Positions 58,623 to 64,000 of a DNA stretch of 64,000 nucleotides are shown here, one piece after another; within the stretch, counting starts at the first letter, position 1, and every line of letters begins with the position of its first letter. Source of the stretch: Eledone cirrhosa (lineage: Eukaryota); contig OZ024751.1 in assembly GCA_964016885.1 (NCBI GenBank), positions 13,950,001 to 14,014,000 of the forward strand, given 5' to 3'. The position numbers were made by a program, and so were the translations under genes. The notes under the pieces were generated by a model that did not search any database, was not told where the DNA came from, and saw nothing but the letters and a program-made list of their open reading frames with translations.

Positions 58623-60159
58623 CACGTCTTTCGGCATTCGCTTACACTATTTTCAATAAATTATGCATAATTTCGTACTTTTTAATGCCAATCCTTCCAA
58701 AAGGCCGTGTAATCAAGCATCTATCCATTACCTATTAAATGTTTTCTGTGTACCTATTAAATGTTTTCTGTGTACCTATTAAATGTTTTCTGGAAACAAT
58801 TGTTAGTATTATTAATAAAGCCCTATTGTTGTGGATAAAGTTTACTTATCGAATCGTGTCTTCTATTTTATAATAAACAACTCTAGAAATCTCTTCATAA
58901 AACATTATAAATAGTAGTTTAGTTGTTATATTTGTCTTGATTCACTGCAGTCAACCAACCCTCAACAGAATACAGAAAATATCATTTGCTTGGAAGTCGA
59001 CATAACTTTATACTATATTAACCAAAGGTGAGTAGAAAAAAATGTTTCTTAATTTTCTCACCTTTTAACCCGGCCATATCCGGCTAGAATTATCTCACCT
59101 CTTTCTGTTTAAACCGGCTGTAACCGTTCGCTTATACTGATGTTGAGATATATTATATGAAAGTTATTTATATTACTAAAACCTCCAAATTCTTGATTAT
59201 TTTCAGAATTCTATGTAAAAATATATCATGCAAATACAAATTAATAGAAAAGAGAATTAGATTGAAAAGAAAGAATGGAATGTAAAATAAGAAAATATTT
59301 TTAAATTACGGAAAAGGAAGGGAATGGCAAGGACTCTAGTGTCACAGAAGAATGAGGAGGGGGAGAATGATTGGGCTCTGGGCCTAGGGCACGGACAAGA
59401 CCGCAAAAGCATACCCGCGGACAATGGCCAGCGATACCCGCTGCAACAGCCACCCCACCTCGCGGGGCTCCTTCCTCAGACGGGCCGCCGGCGTTCCGAT
59501 CATGCGGAGGAGCTCGGCAGTACGGGGTCCAAGTACATTGTTCTCAAAATAAATAATATGAAAATCTCATAGATTCGGTATTATGTGACATAGTTATAAT
59601 TTACCATGAAAATATAACAGTAAATATAGAGACACTTTACAAATAATCATTGTATTTTCATGAATGAAAGTTTATTTCCAAGATGGGTTTATTGTGTTGT
59701 ATCAGATGAAAGAATGGTATTTAACTAATGTATTGGTACGCGATGGGGCCCACCCACAGCCCCGGCGGACAGAATGGAGAAGGCGTTTCCCCGGTAGACG
59801 GCAAGGGAGACGCGCTGGAAAAGCCACTCCAACTCGCGGGGCTCACACCTGCAGTAATGTAAATACTGAAGTGTTAAACCGTTAAATATTTATTTATTTA
59901 TTCTTATTGTTATTATTGTTGTTTCTCTCAAGTCAGGTCCAGTATGATCAAAGTTCTTCTATCGCAGGATCGGGGAACCATTTTTTTTTCTCATGCGGGA
60001 AAGCCGCGTGCATGGGCCCTTGGCCCCAGATTGAATCTTAAAGTGTGCCGTAGTGATATACTTGGCAGAGCCCATTCCTCCCCAGGTCTGAACACGGCTT
60101 ATTTCTTCTAGAGAGAATCAAAAGAATAAACTCCATATATAGTCTGATATTTTATGTAT

Positions 60160-60465
60160 CGATCCCAGTGTATTACTGGTACATTATTTTATCAACCCCG
60201 TAAGAACGAAAGGCAAAGCTAACCTCGGCGAGACTGAAATATAATAACGGTGTCTACATTTGGCACAAGGCCAGCAATTTGAAGGGAAGGACGAGTGTGG
60301 ATTAAATCAACCCTGGTGCTAACTGTTACTTTATTTTATCGAGCTTGTAAAGATGAAAGATAAAGCTAACCCCGGCGGTATAGAAACTCAGAAAGCAAAG
60401 AGCCGGAACAAATAACGCAAAGTATTCTATCTAACGTTCCAACAACTTAGTCAATTCGCCACCTT
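60160..60465 (-). mobile_element. Old diverged SINE copies
   Basis: Core ACTTTATTTTATC..ATGAAAG..AAAGCTAACC and a degenerate head. Confidence 0.7.
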
Positions 60466-61249
60466 CAAATATAATAACAAATTTAATGATTGAATAGGAA
60501 TGTTTCTACAAGTCTTAATTAGTTGAAAAGGTAGACGTAGTGTAAAATGAAATCAGTAAAAAATATACTCCATTATGAAAGTTGTACCTGATTTGGGTGG
60601 CAGCACTAAGTATTTCTGATGGCCATAAGTTATCAGAAATTTGGCACCCTATCTTTACCATGATCTTTTTAGTTATGAGCCTTTGTGAAAATTATCCTTA
60701 TGTCTGCTATAGAGATGCCTTCCCCTGTTTGTTCTTGCAATTCTTTTTAGGAATCTTCTGTGCGTCTAATCCAATTTACTTTTCATTGTATGTGTTCTCA
60801 TCATTTTCTCCTAATGTTTTCGAATTCATCCAGGACTACATCATGTGTTCTATAAACCATTTCTCTATAAACTGCAAGTTCCCTACTACAGCTCTATCGT
60901 TTTCTAATTTTATTCTTATTTTCTTCACAAATTGAGTTCTTATACGGAGTCTTCTCTGACATCAATCAAACGAGTTCCTGTAACTCGTGCAACTCGTTAT
61001 TTAGGAACCCAAACTGCTTTTATTCGCGGCACATTTTTGAAAAAGTAAAAATATGCAGGTGCACTTTATATCATAAATTCGAAAATTTCTTCTAAAGAGG
61101 TTTTCATACATAACATAACAGGGTTGACAGATTGTACTATTCTTCGTAAATCTTGTTACTAAACTTTACATCTTTGTCACTTTGACAGTTATAGATCAAC
61201 TTTCATACGAATTTCAGTTTGTATTTTTTTACATCTTAAAACTTAGTCT

Positions 61250-62250
61250 TTTGCGGCACATCTAGTTACATCTCGTGGTGCATCTAGTTACATCTTGTGG
61301 TGCATCTAGTAACATCTTGTGGCACATCGAGTTACATCTCACGGCACATCAAGTTACATCTTGTGGATAATCTAGTTATATCTCGTGGTGCATCTAGTTA
61401 CATCTTGTGGCAGATCTAGTTACATCGAACGGCACATCTAGTTATCTTGTGACTCATCTAGTTACAGCTTGTTGCACATCTAGTGACATCTCTCGGCACA
61501 TCTAGTTACATCTTGTAGTACATCTAGTTACATCTTGTGGTACATCTAGTTACATCTTGTGGCACATCTAGTTACATCGAACGGCACATCTAGTTATCTT
61601 GTGACTCATCTAGTTACAGCTTGTTGCACATCTAGTGACATCTCGCGGCACATCTAGTTACATCTTGTAGTACATCTAGTTACATCTTGTGGTACATCTA
61701 GTTACATCTTGTGGCACATCTAGTTACATCGAACGGCACATCTAGTTATCTTGTGACTCATCTAGTTACAGCTTGTTGCACATCTAGTGACATCTCGCGG
61801 CACATCTAGTGACATCTCGCGGCACATCTAGTTACATCTTGTGGTACATCTAGTTACATCTTGTGGTACATCTAGTTACATATTGTGGTACATCTAGTTA
61901 CATATTGTGGCACATCCAGTTACATCTTGTGGCACATCTAGTTACATCTTGTGGCACATCTAGTTACATCTCACGGCACATCTAGTTACATCTCACAGCA
62001 CATCTAATTACATCTCGTGGTACATCTAGTTACATCTCATGACACATCTAATTACATCTTGTGGTGCATCTAGTTACATTTTGTGGTGCATCTAGTTACA
62101 TCTCGTGGTGCATCTAGTTACATCTTGTGGTACATCTAGTTACATCTTGTGGTACATCTAGTTACATCTCACGTCACATCTAGTGACATTCTCGGGGTAC
62201 ATCCAGAGGTGCATCAGTGCACCGCAGAGCACGGTTCAGGAACCACTGCT
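61250..62250. repeat. 22-bp minisatellite (GCACATCTAGTTACATCTTGTG) ending at a hAT-like terminus
   Basis: About 43 diverged units, followed by GGTTCAGGAACCACTG. Confidence 0.9.
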
Positions 62251-63351
62251 CTAGACGTTTGACTGTGTGTCCATCATGGCTTTTCAGTGGGCCTTAGAAA
62301 TGTTTGGCGGTGCCCATCTCCTCTCCAAGCGTCCAGTCCCTCACTAAGTTTAGCCTGCCAGCAGAAGTAGCTACCAGGATGTGGCTGAAAATGTCCCAGA
62401 ACCAGAAGTGGTAAAAGCCAGTGTGCCTGTCCGTCCTTAAGGTTGCTGCTGCCGGACATCCAGGTGTTCTCGCTATTCGAAAACCCCGGTTTTAAAATGT
62501 TTGCCGGTACTGCAATCACGTTTCTTCACGTTAATTCACTCTATTTTCAAAGAAATATTAGATAACGCTATGTACAACATTGAAATAATGTTTCATTAAA
62601 TCACTTCACCCTAGTTTTAAAGAGACAGTGGGTAACGGTACGTTCGGTTTTGAAATAACGTTTCTTGAAATCGTTTTTATCTCTTTGAAATATGTATGCA
62701 TGGGCCATAACTCCTGGTGGAGTCGTTGGGGTGCCATATTGACATACGGCGTTTATAGGGCACTTTTAAAGACTGGCGGAACCCATCTCCTCTCCATGTC
62801 TGAATACGGCAGATTTCTTCCAAAGAAGGATATAGAGAGTGAGAAAAGAAGTGAGAAAGAGATATAGAGGAAGAATCGACCCTAGTACTAAACTGGTACT
62901 GTTTTTATCGCCCTCGAGTGGATGAAAGGCAGAGTTGACCTCGGCGGGATTTGAACTCAGAGAATTTTGAGTGCTGAAACGAATATCGCAAAACATTCTA
63001 TCCGACTTTCTTAACGACTCTGACAATTCGTCGCTTCCCTTTGAAATAACATGTTTTTAAATCTCGGGAAATGGTACATCCGGTATTGAAGTAACGTTTC
63101 TTCAAATTTACTTCACTCTTTTTTTCTTTAAAGTAACAGTATATAACTCTATATCCTACAGAAAAATAACGTTTCTTTAAATAGTTTCTATCTCTTTGAA
63201 ATAACATGTCTATAAATCCTGGAAAACGGTACAAATGTTATATTAAAATATTAATTTTGTCCTCATCTATGTTTTACATGTGAGTTCATAGATTCTTTCT
63301 ACGTAGATTTCTTTCTTGACCCCTTTGTAGAGTTTTCTCCTGTTGTTTTAA

Positions 63352-63523
63352 CCCTTTAGCATTTAAACCGGTCATAACCGACGGCTCATACTTATGTTAA
63401 GGTATTGTTATCAAAATAAATAACATCAAAATCTCATAGATTCGATATTATGTGAGATAATTATGTAAAGTGCTTATCGTGAAAATATAATAGTATATAT
63501 AGAGTAATGTAAATGCTAAAGGG
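63352..63523. mobile_element. piggyBac-type MITE
   Basis: TTAA|CCCTTTAGCATTTA ... TAAATGCTAAAGGG|TTAA: TTAA duplication and 14-bp TIRs. Confidence 0.88.
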
Positions 63524-63565
63524 TTAAACTTCAGTAAAGAGCGTCTCATTTGTGGATCAGGTTTT

Positions 63566-63788
63566 TGGCGGTGGATTAGCAGTATCGATAGCGTGTCGGA
63601 CAACATACTTCGCAGCATAGAGTTACAGCCCTTTGCGTAAGTTCTGAGTTCAAATCTCGTCGGGGTTAGGTTTGCCTTTCATCTCTACCGGGTCGATAAA
63701 TAAAGCACCAGTAATGCACTGGGGGCGATTTAATCGATTTTCCCTTCCCACAAAATTGCTGGCCTTGTACCTAAAGCAGAAACAATTA
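63566..63788 (+). mobile_element. tRNA-derived SINE
   Basis: GGCGGTGGATTAGCAG head, GAGTTCAAATCTC, core, tail. Confidence 0.85.
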
Positions 63789-64000
63789 TATGTTGATATA
63801 TAAAAGTCTTTCAATAAGATTGAAGCTAGTCTAGCTATCGATGATTACCAATGAAGAAATATCGTGTATTCGAATGTGTGTTAAGGTGAAGGTTGTAAAC
63901 AGGTGAAGGTAGGTGAAGGTAGTGTAGTAAAAAGAAATGTATTTATATTATAATATCAAAAGACTCATGAAATTTATCGCACGAGATCAAGTTAACCAAA

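Noticed and set aside
63275-63340. Short open frame RKLYKGVKKEIYVERIYELT on the minus strand as an exon
   Set aside because: No polypyrimidine acceptor, abuts a MITE, and is too short to support.

Overview
Eukaryotic, AT-rich, repeat-dominated DNA. The SINE families and long compound (AT)n/(TACA)n tracts resemble those of octopod cephalopods (inference). Most ORFs in the track are translations of microsatellites. The only recognisable coding sequence is transposon-derived: a 3'-truncated L1/Tx1-clade element, several decayed RTE-clade LINEs and CRE-clade 3' ends. Also present are many tRNA-derived SINEs, non-autonomous Helitrons, piggyBac/mariner/hAT-like MITEs and four minisatellites (about 28 bp, 123/128 bp SINE-derived, 41 bp and 22 bp). 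The main unexplained signal is about 17 minimal type-I hammerhead ribozyme (HHR) motifs from several unrelated sequence families. Many lie in short fold-back units with a shared layout: (AT)n, short inverted arm, direct arm, GAGT(A/G)CT motif, microsatellite. This is most consistent with non-autonomous Penelope-like retroelement ends. One weak host exon candidate lies at 31145-31276 (-). All alignments and folds were done by eye and coordinates are approximate to a few bases.
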